Assembly: GCA_022653695.1 (NCBI GenBank)
Contig: JALCSW010000002.1
Span: 436,320-500,319 of the forward strand
Source: Bacilli bacterium
Lineage (GTDB): Bacteria; Bacillota_I; Bacilli_A; RFN20; CAG-826
Direction: 5' to 3'
DNA: 64,000 nucleotides
The translations under genes and the position numbers were made by a program. Shown here piece after piece: positions 53,791 to 62,027 of this stretch. Numbering within the stretch: the first letter of the stretch is position 1; each line of letters begins with the position of its first letter. The notes under the pieces were generated by a model, which had not been told where the DNA came from, did no database searches, and worked only from the letters and a program-made list of their open reading frames with translations.

Positions 53791-54168
53791 TCACTTGACC
53801 TTTTCGTCGAAATGCTTTTTGAGGGCGGCGTAGGTCTCGGGGCTAAGGATATGCTCGATGTGGCAGGCGTCCTTGAAAGCGATGTCCTTAGGAACCCCAA
53901 GCGCCACGAACAAATCCCCAACCAAATTGTGCCGCTCATAGATTTCGCTCGCCTTTTTCCGCCCCGCTTCCGTCAGCACCAATTCGTCGCGAGGCCCGAA
54001 AGAAAGGTAACCGCCTTCCTTAAGTTTCTTCATCGCCACCGAAATGCTGGGTTTGCTGTAGCCAAAGGAGTTGGCCAAGTCAACCGAATGGACCAAGTCC
54101 CGGCCCTTTTCGCCTTCGAGCATCAGGATCCTCTCGAGATAATCTTCGCTGCTTTCGTTCGATTCCAT
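53791..54168 (-). CDS. DtxR/MntR-family metal-dependent transcriptional regulator
   Basis: SEDYLERILMLEGEKGRDLVHSVDLANSFGYSKPSISVAMKKLKEGGYL...IYERHNLVGDLF...HIEH. Confidence 0.85.
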   Translation of the reverse strand: MESNESSEDYLERILMLEGEKGRDLVHSVDLANSFGYSKPSISVAMKKLKEGGYLSFGPRDELVLTEAGRKKASEIYERHNLVGDLFVALGVPKDIAFKDACHIEHILSPETYAALKKHFDEKVK

Positions 54169-54230
54169 AAAGCGCCTCTTTGCGTGCCTTTATTATTATA
54201 GTCCGTCTTTAGGGGCTTGACCATAAACGC

Positions 54231-54248
54231 GGTTATCTATAACTAACC
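54231..54248. promoter_or_regulatory. GGTTAT-N6-CTAACC palindrome (copy 2, one mismatch), upstream of the DtxR-family gene
   Basis: GGTTATctataaCTAACC in the dtxR-like / feoA divergent region. Confidence 0.5.
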
Positions 54249-54288
54249 AAAAAGAAAGGAACGGACCGCGGGCGATTCCAAAATGTTG

Positions 54289-54340
54289 TTGACATTAAAG
54301 TTAGTCACGTCTAACATCAACACGGTTAGTTAATGCTAAC
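54289..54340 (+). promoter_or_regulatory. Candidate feoA promoter overlapped by two GTTAG-N6-CTAAC palindromes (copies 3 and 4)
   Basis: TTGACA (54289-54294), 17-nt spacer, TAACAT (54312-54317). Palindromes are GTTAGtcacgtCTAAC (54300-54315) and GTTAGttaatgCTAAC (54325-54340). An AGGAGG RBS follows. Confidence 0.6.
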
Positions 54341-54353
54341 AGGAGGATAAACG

Positions 54354-54569
54354 ATGCCACTGCCAGTAGCGCCGCAAGGCCAGACGTTCACCATCAGAAA
54401 GCTCCTCGTCCGGGATCTCAAAACCAAAAAGCACTTGGAAAGCCTTGGGTTGGTCGCGCATCAGCCCATCAAGGTGATGAGCCAAGGGAAAGAGGGGACG
54501 GTGATTTTGGTCAACGAAACGCGGCTCGCGCTCGACATAAGCACCGCCTCCTCGGTTTTCGTCGAATGA
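54354..54569 (+). CDS. feoA: FeoA-family protein
   Basis: 71-aa SH3-like FeoA pattern (FTIRKLLVRD...LESLGLVAHQPIKVMSQ...VILVNETRLAL). Confidence 0.85.
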   Translation: MPLPVAPQGQTFTIRKLLVRDLKTKKHLESLGLVAHQPIKVMSQGKEGTVILVNETRLALDISTASSVFVE

Positions 54570-54589
54570 AAGGAAAGGCATAAAACGTC

Positions 54590-54886
54590 ATGAAAGAAAA
54601 AGACGATGCGACCGAATGCGTCTCGCCGGGCGGGGAAATCGCTCTGGGCGAGGCCGCGATCGGCTCAAGCGGGACGATCGTTCGGGTCCGCGGGGAAGGC
54701 AAGCTCAGGAGACGGCTCTTCGACATGGGCCTGACCCCCGGGGCCGACCTCTATCTGAGAAAGAGGGCTCCGCTAGGCGACCCCCTCGAAATCACCATCA
54801 GGGGCTATGAGCTCACGCTCCGGCGCAGCGAGGCGATGAACGTCCTCGTCAGGATCTCCGCCAAGGAAAGCGAGAACGGAAAATGA
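54590..54886 (+). CDS. feoA: Second FeoA-family protein
   Basis: GTIVRVRGEGKLRRRLFDMGLTPGADLYLRKRAPLGDPLEITIRGYELTLRRSEA. Confidence 0.85.
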   Translation: MKEKDDATECVSPGGEIALGEAAIGSSGTIVRVRGEGKLRRRLFDMGLTPGADLYLRKRAPLGDPLEITIRGYELTLRRSEAMNVLVRISAKESENGK

Positions 54887-57153
54887 AAAAGGAAAACGGA
54901 ATCACCATCGCGTTGGCCGGAAACCCCAATTCCGGGAAAACGACCCTCTTCAATTCTCTGACGGGCAGCACCGCCTACGTCGGCAACTGGCCGGGCGTAA
55001 CCGTCGAAAAACGAGAAGGGGTCTACAGAAACAAACGCATCGGCGAAGCGAGGATCGTCGATCTGCCGGGTATCTATTCGCTATCGCCATACAGTCCCGA
55101 AGAAGTCATTTCTCGGAACTATATCCTTCAAAGCCATCCCGACGTCGTCATCGACGTCATCGACGCGACGAACCTTGAGCGCAACCTCTATATGACGACT
55201 CAGATCCTTGAGATGGATGTCCCGGTCGTCCTCGCCCTTAACATGAGCGACGCCTTGGAGGCAAGCGGCCAGTCGATCGACGCCAAGGCCCTCGGCAGGA
55301 AGCTGGGGGTCCCGGTCGTTTTGGTTTCCGCTTTGCGGGAACGCAACCTCGACAATCTCATGGCGGAGGCTTTCATTGCCTCAAGAAAGCCGCGCAAAGG
55401 CGTCTCGCTATGGGACCAAGGCCCCCTGAAACCCATCATCGAGAAAGCGGAGGCGATATACGGGAAGTCGCTGAAAGAAAACGCCCTTTTCCACGCCATC
55501 AAGGCCCTAGAGGGCGACGAAATCGAGCTGAAGGAGAATAACCGCGAATGCCAAGAGGCCCAAACCCTTTACGAAGATAAAGAGGGTTTTGAAGCCACAA
55601 GCGCGGACGAGCGGTACAAATACATCGTGAGCCAGTTGGCGCCTTGCCGCAAAGGCCAAACGAAAAGCGAGGCCAAAAAGCTTACCAAAAGCGACAAGAT
55701 CGACAAAGTGCTGACCAGCAAAATCTGGGGAATCCCCATCATGCTGGCTTTGCTCTTCATCATTTTCCACGTGACTTTCGCCGGTGATCTGTTCTATCTG
55801 AAAGCCATGGGCGTCAACTTCGGAGACGGATACCAAGGCCTCATTCACTTCAAGGTGGACGGCGAGGAGTTCTATCCCTTCGCCGGCCTGTTCTACGACA
55901 GCGATGGCATCGCCTCGATAGGCGAATTCTTCCACCGCCTGTTCGGCGACGACGGATCCGGCCTCTTCGGCTGCATAACCCAAGGCATTCACGTTGGGCT
56001 CGTCGGCGCCGGCGCTCCCGCCTGGGTCGACGGCATTATCTGCAGCGGCATCTGCTCCGGCGTCTTCGCCGTCCTCGGATTCGTTCCGCAAATCATGATC
56101 CTCTTCTTGTTCTTCGCCATTCTGGAGGACTCCGGCTATATGGCGCGCATCGCCTTCATGCTCGATCGCATCTTCAGGAGATTCGGCGTGTCCGGACGGG
56201 CTTTCATTCCTATGATCATGGGTTTCGGATGCGGGATCCCCGCCATGATCAACACCCGCACCCTCTCCAGCGACAAAGAGAGGACCAAGACGATCCGCGT
56301 CATCCCCTTCTTCGCCTGCGGGGCCAAAGCCACTTTCTTGGCCGTCGTCGCCGACGCGGTCGCCCATGCGGCCGGAATGGACGGCGGACTCTTCACTTTC
56401 TCCATGTACCTGCTCGGGATCGTCGTGGCCATCGCCGCCGTCATCGTCATGAACAAGACAAGCCAACGAGAGAAAGTCCCGCCTTTCGTCATGGAACTGC
56501 CGGCCTATCACATGCCGCAACCTAGCGCCCTGGCGATCCACGTTTGGGACAAAGGCAAGCACTTCATCAAAAAAGCCTCGACCATCATCTTGGCTTCCAC
56601 GATCATCATTTGGTTCCTCGCCAGTTTCAACTGGGACTGGCAGATGGTCGACGAGACGGGAACGAGCATCCTAAACGATTTGGGAAAACTCATCCAGCCT
56701 CTCTTCACCCCCATGGGCTTCGGCGTTCAGGCCGGCACGAACGGCTGGACTCTCGCCGTCGCCTCCATCCAAGGCATGGTAGCCAAGGAAAACGTGACTT
56801 CGACAGTCGAGGCTCTGGCCGCCATCATCGGCGCGGATTCCTTCGAGGCCATCATCCAGTCGTGCGGGGTTTCCACGGGAGGCGTCGTGGCCTTCGCGGT
56901 GTTCAACCTCATGACGATCCCCTGCTTCGCCTCGGTGGCGACCGCCAAAGCCGAGCTCCCGAACCGCAAATCCTACGTTTGGACGATCCTCTTCTGGCTC
57001 GGCCTCAGTTATGTCCTTGGCTGTCTGACCTACATCACGATCGACTACGTCTGGACCTTGGGCATCACGTTGCCTCTCTTAGGGTTGGGGGTTCTCGCCC
57101 TTTATCTCTACGACCGCAAAAAGAGCGGGCGGGAAGCCAAGGCAGTCGCTTAA
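54883..57153 (+). CDS. feoB: Ferrous iron transporter FeoB
   Basis: G-domain GNPNSGKTTLFNSLTG, then a polytopic membrane domain. 756 aa; overlaps the upstream stop by 4 nt. Confidence 0.95.
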   Translation: MKKENGITIALAGNPNSGKTTLFNSLTGSTAYVGNWPGVTVEKREGVYRNKRIGEARIVDLPGIYSLSPYSPEEVISRNYILQSHPDVVIDVIDATNLERNLYMTTQILEMDVPVVLALNMSDALEASGQSIDAKALGRKLGVPVVLVSALRERNLDNLMAEAFIASRKPRKGVSLWDQGPLKPIIEKAEAIYGKSLKENALFHAIKALEGDEIELKENNRECQEAQTLYEDKEGFEATSADERYKYIVSQLAPCRKGQTKSEAKKLTKSDKIDKVLTSKIWGIPIMLALLFIIFHVTFAGDLFYLKAMGVNFGDGYQGLIHFKVDGEEFYPFAGLFYDSDGIASIGEFFHRLFGDDGSGLFGCITQGIHVGLVGAGAPAWVDGIICSGICSGVFAVLGFVPQIMILFLFFAILEDSGYMARIAFMLDRIFRRFGVSGRAFIPMIMGFGCGIPAMINTRTLSSDKERTKTIRVIPFFACGAKATFLAVVADAVAHAAGMDGGLFTFSMYLLGIVVAIAAVIVMNKTSQREKVPPFVMELPAYHMPQPSALAIHVWDKGKHFIKKASTIILASTIIIWFLASFNWDWQMVDETGTSILNDLGKLIQPLFTPMGFGVQAGTNGWTLAVASIQGMVAKENVTSTVEALAAIIGADSFEAIIQSCGVSTGGVVAFAVFNLMTIPCFASVATAKAELPNRKSYVWTILFWLGLSYVLGCLTYITIDYVWTLGITLPLLGLGVLALYLYDRKKSGREAKAVA

Positions 57154-57172
57154 ATGAAAGGAGAGATAGGCG

Positions 57173-57391
57173 ATGCACTGGACCGAAATCGTGACCATCG
57201 CGCTTCTAACGGGATACGCGGCCTTTATGCTCGCCTATCTCGTGAGGCGAAGGAAAAAAGGCGAAAGCCTTGAGGAACTGAACTGCCCCTTCGCCTCCAG
57301 CGATGCCAAAAGGCTGGTCAAAGAATTCAGAAAAGCGAAAAGAAGAGAGGAGAAAAAACGTGCCCGCGCAAAACGCAAGCGAGTCCTCTAA
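57173..57391 (+). CDS. Small FeoB-associated membrane protein (divergent, only one Cys) with basic tail
   Basis: AAGGAGAG RBS. One TM helix, then RRRKKGESLEELNCPF and a KRREEKKRARAKRKR tail. The position matches FeoB-associated Cys-rich proteins, but the Cys cluster is missing. Confidence 0.55.
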   Translation: MHWTEIVTIALLTGYAAFMLAYLVRRRKKGESLEELNCPFASSDAKRLVKEFRKAKRREEKKRARAKRKRVL

Positions 57392-57401
57392 GCGAGGCTA
57401 C

Positions 57402-57728
57402 ATGCTCTCTATCGGGGAGTGCGCCGCCGCGGACGACTCCTTTCTGGAGAAGGATCTGGCCCGCGAAATCGGCAAAAGCCGCCCCTTCGCCTCCATGATA
57501 ATAAAGAAACTGAGGAAAGAAGGGCTCGTCGTCGGAAAAACGTATGGGCCCTTCCGGATAAGCGAAGAGGGACTTGGCTTCCTCCGCGATCTCCAGAAGG
57601 CGAGAAAACGGCTCCTTCGCCTGTTCGCCCCTTTGCGCGGCTTCTCGAAAGAGGAAAAGGAGAGTTTGGCTCTCTACGTCCTCGTGAGCGGGCGCTTTCC
57701 CGCCGCCGAGGGCCTTCTGGCCCCTTAA
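57402..57728 (+). CDS. Small winged-helix (DtxR-N/MarR-like) DNA-binding protein downstream of feoB
   Basis: ATG at 57402 (GAGG upstream). LEKDLAREIGKSRPFASMIIKKLRKEGLVVGK...ISEEGLGFL follows the wHTH pattern. Confidence 0.55.
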   Translation: MLSIGECAAADDSFLEKDLAREIGKSRPFASMIIKKLRKEGLVVGKTYGPFRISEEGLGFLRDLQKARKRLLRLFAPLRGFSKEEKESLALYVLVSGRFPAAEGLLAP

Positions 57729-57772
57729 CGAGGCTTTTTAATTCAACGGCCGGAAAGGATATAATCAAAGCA

Positions 57773-58480
57773 ATGATCAAATTGGTATTGCTTCGACACG
57801 GCCAATCGCTCTGGAACCTGGAAAACAGATTCACGGGCTGGACCGACGTCGGGCTCTCGGCGCAAGGGATCGAGGAAGCCAAGGCGGCGGGCCGCCTTCT
57901 GAAGGAAAAGGGCTACGTTTTCGACGAAGCCTATTCCTCCATCCTCAAAAGGGCCACCGAAACTCTCGGTCTGGTACTTTCCGAAATGGGGGAAAGCGGA
58001 ATCCCGAAGCGTTTTTCATGGCGGCTGAACGAACGGCACTACGGCGCTTTGCAAGGCCTTAACAAATGCGACAGCGCACGCAAATGGGGCGCGGAGCAAA
58101 TCCACGTTTGGCGAAGAAGCGCCGACGTGCCGCCCCCGCCCCTATCGAAAGAGGATCCGCGCTACCCCGGCAACCAGCAAATCTACCGCGACCTGATAAG
58201 GAAGGGGCTTATGGAAGAGAAGGATCTGCCCCTATCCGAATGCCTGCTCGACACGGCCAAACGGGTCAAGCTCTATTTCATGAAGGAAATAGCCCCTTCC
58301 ATCCGGGAAGGCAGGCGCGCCCTCGTCGTCGCCCACGGCAACAGCCTTCGGGCCCTCGTGATGGAACTGGAGAACCTGAGCCCGGAAGCGATCGCCTCGG
58401 TCGAAATCCCGACCGGAAAACCCCTCGTTTACGAACTGAATGAGGAAAACCTGAGCGTCATCGGAAAATACTACTTATGA
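57773..58480 (+). CDS. gpmA: 2,3-bisphosphoglycerate-dependent phosphoglycerate mutase
   Basis: MIKLVLLRHGQSLWNLENRFTGWTDV...RHYG...AHGNSLRAL. The track ORF is extended 118 codons upstream. Confidence 0.95.
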   Translation: MIKLVLLRHGQSLWNLENRFTGWTDVGLSAQGIEEAKAAGRLLKEKGYVFDEAYSSILKRATETLGLVLSEMGESGIPKRFSWRLNERHYGALQGLNKCDSARKWGAEQIHVWRRSADVPPPPLSKEDPRYPGNQQIYRDLIRKGLMEEKDLPLSECLLDTAKRVKLYFMKEIAPSIREGRRALVVAHGNSLRALVMELENLSPEAIASVEIPTGKPLVYELNEENLSVIGKYYL

Positions 58481-58503
58481 GGGGGGCGCCCGCCTGATCC
58501 TTT

Positions 58504-61068
58504 TCAATCCGATTGTTCTTTTTCGGCCCTATACCCGGCTTTCCTGACGGCGGAGACGGCTTTTTTGACGGCTTTGGGGTCGGAAACGAAGCGGGCTTCC
58601 TTTTTCTCGAGGCTAACCTGAACATCAGATAAACCCGGCACGCCCATGAGGGCGGAACGGACCCGCTCCGCGCAGTGCTCGCACATCATCCCTTCGACGC
58701 GCAAAACGACCGCTTCTCCTAGGGGCGCCGCCCTTTCGCCCGCCTCTTTCTTTCGCCCCAAAACCGCTTTATGGGTTTTGCCAAGGCGGTAGAGGTTGAT
58801 CCGCAAAGCGTTGAGGGCGACGGTCAAAGACGATAGGGCCATCGCCGCCGAGCCGTACCATGGCCGGAGTTTGTAGACCCCGGCGAAAGAAAGGGCCCCC
58901 GCGGCGATCGGGATCATGACGATGTTGTAAAAGAAAGCCCAGAACAGGTTCTCCTTGACGATCCGAAAGACGATCCGCGAGAGATTGACCGCCCGATAGG
59001 CGTCCATGAGCGAGGAATTCACGAGGACCACGTCGGCCGAATCGATGGCGATGTCCGAACCGGCCCCGATGGCGATGCCGATGTCGGCCTGGGTGAGGGA
59101 GGGGGCGTCGTTGATGCCGTCGCCGACCATGATCGTCTTGCCGCTTCTTTGCAGTTCCGCGATCGCCTCCCGTTTTTTTATGGGGTCAGCCTCGGCGACG
59201 AAACGGCCGATCCCAGCGTCCCTAGCGATCGAGGCGGCCGTCGCCCGGTTGTCGCCGCTAAGAAGGATCGGGGTCAGCCCCATTCCCTTGAAAGCCCGCA
59301 CCGCCTCCACGGAATCGTCCCTGAGGACGTCGCGGAGGGCGACGATGCCGATTATTTTCCCGTCCTTGGCGAAATACAGGGCGGTTTTCCCGCCTTGGGA
59401 GAGCCTCTCCCCCTCTTTGCGGGCCGCTTCGTCGGCGATGCCGGCCTTTTCCATAAAAGCGTAATTGCCCCCATAGGCGCGATGCCCCTCGATCGTTCCT
59501 TCGGCCCCGGATCCCGAAACGGCCCGAAAAGAGGAACACGCCTTCCTTTCGAGGCCTTTTGTCGCCGCCTCATCCACGATGGCCTTGCCCAAAGGATGCT
59601 CCGAAAGGCTTTCCAGACTCGCGGCGAATTCCAAAAGGTTATCGGAGGAATAGGAGACGAGGTCGGTGACCTTCATCCGCCCTTTCGTCAGAGTGCCCGT
59701 TTTGTCGAAGACGACGAACCTGGCCTTCCCCGCCTCCTCGAGGGCGGAGGCCGTTTTGAAGAGAATGCCGCTCCGGGCCCCCTTGCCGCCCCCGACCATG
59801 ATGGCGACCGGGGTCGCGAGGCCTAGGGCGCACGGGCAGGCCACCACCAGCACGGACACGCCCCGCTCAAGGGAATAGGAAAGAAGGTCCGAATACCCGC
59901 CGAGCGAGGAGACGAAGTCCCCGCCGAAAATGAGCCAGAAAACGAAGACGACGAGAGAGGCGGCCATGATCGTCGGGACGAAGACGCCGCTCACCTTGTC
60001 GGCCAAAGCCATGGCCTTAGTTTTCCCAAGGCTCGCCTCTTTCACCGTTTTCACGATCTGGCTGAGCGTCATGTCGGCCCCGACCTTCTCCACGCGGACC
60101 CTAAGGGCCCCGCTTTGGTTGATGGTCGCGCAAAAAACGGGACTGCCGGGGCTTTTCTCGACCGGGACGGATTCGCCGCTGAGCGAGGACTCGTCAACGG
60201 CCGATTCGCCGTCATCGACCGTCCCGTCGGCGGGGAAGGATTCGCCCGGCCTCACGAGCACGAGATCGCCTTTCTTCAAGGAATCGGAACGGACCGCGGT
60301 CTCTTTCCCCTCATCCAAGAGGGTCGCTTTCTTCGGGGCCAGATCGATGAGCCCCCTCAAGGATGAGGTCGTTTTCCCCTTGGCGTAGGATTCCAGCGTT
60401 TTCCCGATCGCGATAAGGGCCGGGACCATCCCCGCGGTCTCAAAGGAGAGGGATTTCGAGAGGCTCGCGAGGCGGGCGAGGTCCCCGAGCGAGGCGAAAT
60501 GCGCCATCTCGAAATAAAGGACAAGGGAATAGAGGAAGGCAACCGAGGAGCCAAGGGCCACCAGGGTGTCCATGTTGGGGGCGCGGTGCCAAAGGGCTTT
60601 GGACCCGGAGACGAAGAAGCGCCCATTGACGAGCATGATGGCCAAAGAGAGGAGCATCGCGACGAGCCCATAACTCAGATGGTCTTCGCCCAGGATCCCG
60701 ATCGGCCAGCCGACGGCGTGGCCCATCGAAAGGTAGAACAGCGGGATCAAAAGAACGAAGGAAACGATGAGCCGCTTGACGAGGCGAGGGGTTTCCCTGT
60801 CGGTGAAGAACTCCTTTTCCCTTGCCAAGGTCTCGTCGTTCGCCTCTTGGAGCAAAGGCGAGGCCCCGTATCCGGCCGCGCGCACCGCCTTGACGATATC
60901 CTCTTGGTTGCAGGAGGCGTCGAAAGAAACCTCCATCGAGTTGGTCAGGAGGCTGACCGCGACGCCTTTGACGCCGGGGACTTCCTTGACCGCTTTCTCG
61001 ACGTGCGCCGAACAGGCCGCGCACGACATGCCGGAGACCGAAAAGCGTTCGTTTTTTTCCTTTTCCAT
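58504..61068 (-). CDS. copA: Copper-translocating P1B-type ATPase with N-terminal and C-terminal HMA domains
   Basis: ATG at 61066-61068. GMSCAACSAHV (N-terminal HMA), CPC (VVACPCALGLATP), DKTGTLT, GDGINDAP, and a C-terminal second HMA (VEGMMCEHCAERV). Confidence 0.9.
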   Translation of the reverse strand: MEKEKNERFSVSGMSCAACSAHVEKAVKEVPGVKGVAVSLLTNSMEVSFDASCNQEDIVKAVRAAGYGASPLLQEANDETLAREKEFFTDRETPRLVKRLIVSFVLLIPLFYLSMGHAVGWPIGILGEDHLSYGLVAMLLSLAIMLVNGRFFVSGSKALWHRAPNMDTLVALGSSVAFLYSLVLYFEMAHFASLGDLARLASLSKSLSFETAGMVPALIAIGKTLESYAKGKTTSSLRGLIDLAPKKATLLDEGKETAVRSDSLKKGDLVLVRPGESFPADGTVDDGESAVDESSLSGESVPVEKSPGSPVFCATINQSGALRVRVEKVGADMTLSQIVKTVKEASLGKTKAMALADKVSGVFVPTIMAASLVVFVFWLIFGGDFVSSLGGYSDLLSYSLERGVSVLVVACPCALGLATPVAIMVGGGKGARSGILFKTASALEEAGKARFVVFDKTGTLTKGRMKVTDLVSYSSDNLLEFAASLESLSEHPLGKAIVDEAATKGLERKACSSFRAVSGSGAEGTIEGHRAYGGNYAFMEKAGIADEAARKEGERLSQGGKTALYFAKDGKIIGIVALRDVLRDDSVEAVRAFKGMGLTPILLSGDNRATAASIARDAGIGRFVAEADPIKKREAIAELQRSGKTIMVGDGINDAPSLTQADIGIAIGAGSDIAIDSADVVLVNSSLMDAYRAVNLSRIVFRIVKENLFWAFFYNIVMIPIAAGALSFAGVYKLRPWYGSAAMALSSLTVALNALRINLYRLGKTHKAVLGRKKEAGERAAPLGEAVVLRVEGMMCEHCAERVRSALMGVPGLSDVQVSLEKKEARFVSDPKAVKKAVSAVRKAGYRAEKEQSD

Positions 61069-61082
61069 AAATTCCCTATATA

Positions 61083-61892
61083 TTATCCTACCGCGATTTC
61101 GAGGACCATCATGAGGGCGAAGCCCACCATGAAGCTCCACATGGCGTGATGGGTAAAGCCGTTCTCCCGGGATTCGGGCAAAATCTCGTCGAGCGTGACG
61201 TATATCATCGCCCCCGCGGCGAAGGCGAGGAGCCATGGGGCGACGACCGAAAGTTGGGCCAAGAACAAAGCCATTATGGCGAAGACAGGCTCCACCGCCC
61301 CGGAGGCGGCGCCGAAAAGGAACGCCTTGCCCTTCTTCATGCCGTCGCCGAACATCGGGATGGAGACCGCGGCCCCTTCGGGGACGTTCTGAATGGCGAT
61401 CCCGATCGCCAAGGAAAGCGCGGACATGCTGGCCGCCGTCGCGGCCTCGCCATCCAAGGCGAGGGCCAAGCCGCAGGCGAAGCCGACCGAAAGGCCCTCC
61501 GGGATGTTGTGGATCGTGACGGCCAAAAAGAATTTGAAATTCTTCGACAGGGATTTGGCCTCGGGGCCCTCTTCCACATTCTGCAGCTTATGGAAATGCG
61601 GAACGAGGCGATCGAGGGCGAAAAGCATGAGGCCGCCGAGCATGAATCCGACGAGGGGCGGCACGAAACTCCACGAGGCGTAAACGGGATTCGACCGGCT
61701 TTCCTCGATGGCGGGCATGATGAGGCCGAAGAAAGAGGCGGCCACCATGATGCCGCCGGCAAAGCCAAGGATGACCGATTTCACGCGCTGGCTCAGGCTT
61801 TTTCTGAAAAAGAACACGAAAGCGGACCCCGCCGTCGTGGCGGCGAAGATGGTGGCTATCGATATTATGGCGATCAATACTGGGAAACTCAT
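61083..61892 (-). CDS. ZIP-family divalent metal transporter (ZupT-like)
   Basis: HNIPEGLSVG and QNVPEGAAVS motifs with 8 TM helices. The stop lies 14 nt upstream of the copA ATG. Confidence 0.85.
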   Translation of the reverse strand: MSFPVLIAIISIATIFAATTAGSAFVFFFRKSLSQRVKSVILGFAGGIMVAASFFGLIMPAIEESRSNPVYASWSFVPPLVGFMLGGLMLFALDRLVPHFHKLQNVEEGPEAKSLSKNFKFFLAVTIHNIPEGLSVGFACGLALALDGEAATAASMSALSLAIGIAIQNVPEGAAVSIPMFGDGMKKGKAFLFGAASGAVEPVFAIMALFLAQLSVVAPWLLAFAAGAMIYVTLDEILPESRENGFTHHAMWSFMVGFALMMVLEIAVG

Positions 61893-61904
61893 GATTCAGT
61901 CTTT

Positions 61905-61922
61905 GGTTAGATTAAACTAACC
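61905..61922. promoter_or_regulatory. GGTTAG-N6-CTAACC palindrome (copy 5), upstream of ZIP-copA
   Basis: GGTTAGattaaaCTAACC, perfect, 13 nt upstream of the ZIP gene ATG. Confidence 0.6.
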
Positions 61923-62027
61923 ACGCAAAGTATACCACCGCGACCTGGCGATGCGAAGAAAGAAGAACCGAGGAATCAGCCAAAGTTCAGCAAAAACCAG
62001 AAAAGGCCCTCCCGCCAAACGCATATA

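Noticed and set aside
57303-57401. Longer version (57303 start) of the wHTH gene, and the 353-aa version (57419 start) of gpmA
   Set aside because: The extensions overlap the preceding gene or each other, are Arg/Lys/Pro-rich, and lack RBSs. Conserved N-termini with RBSs begin at 57402 and 57773 respectively.
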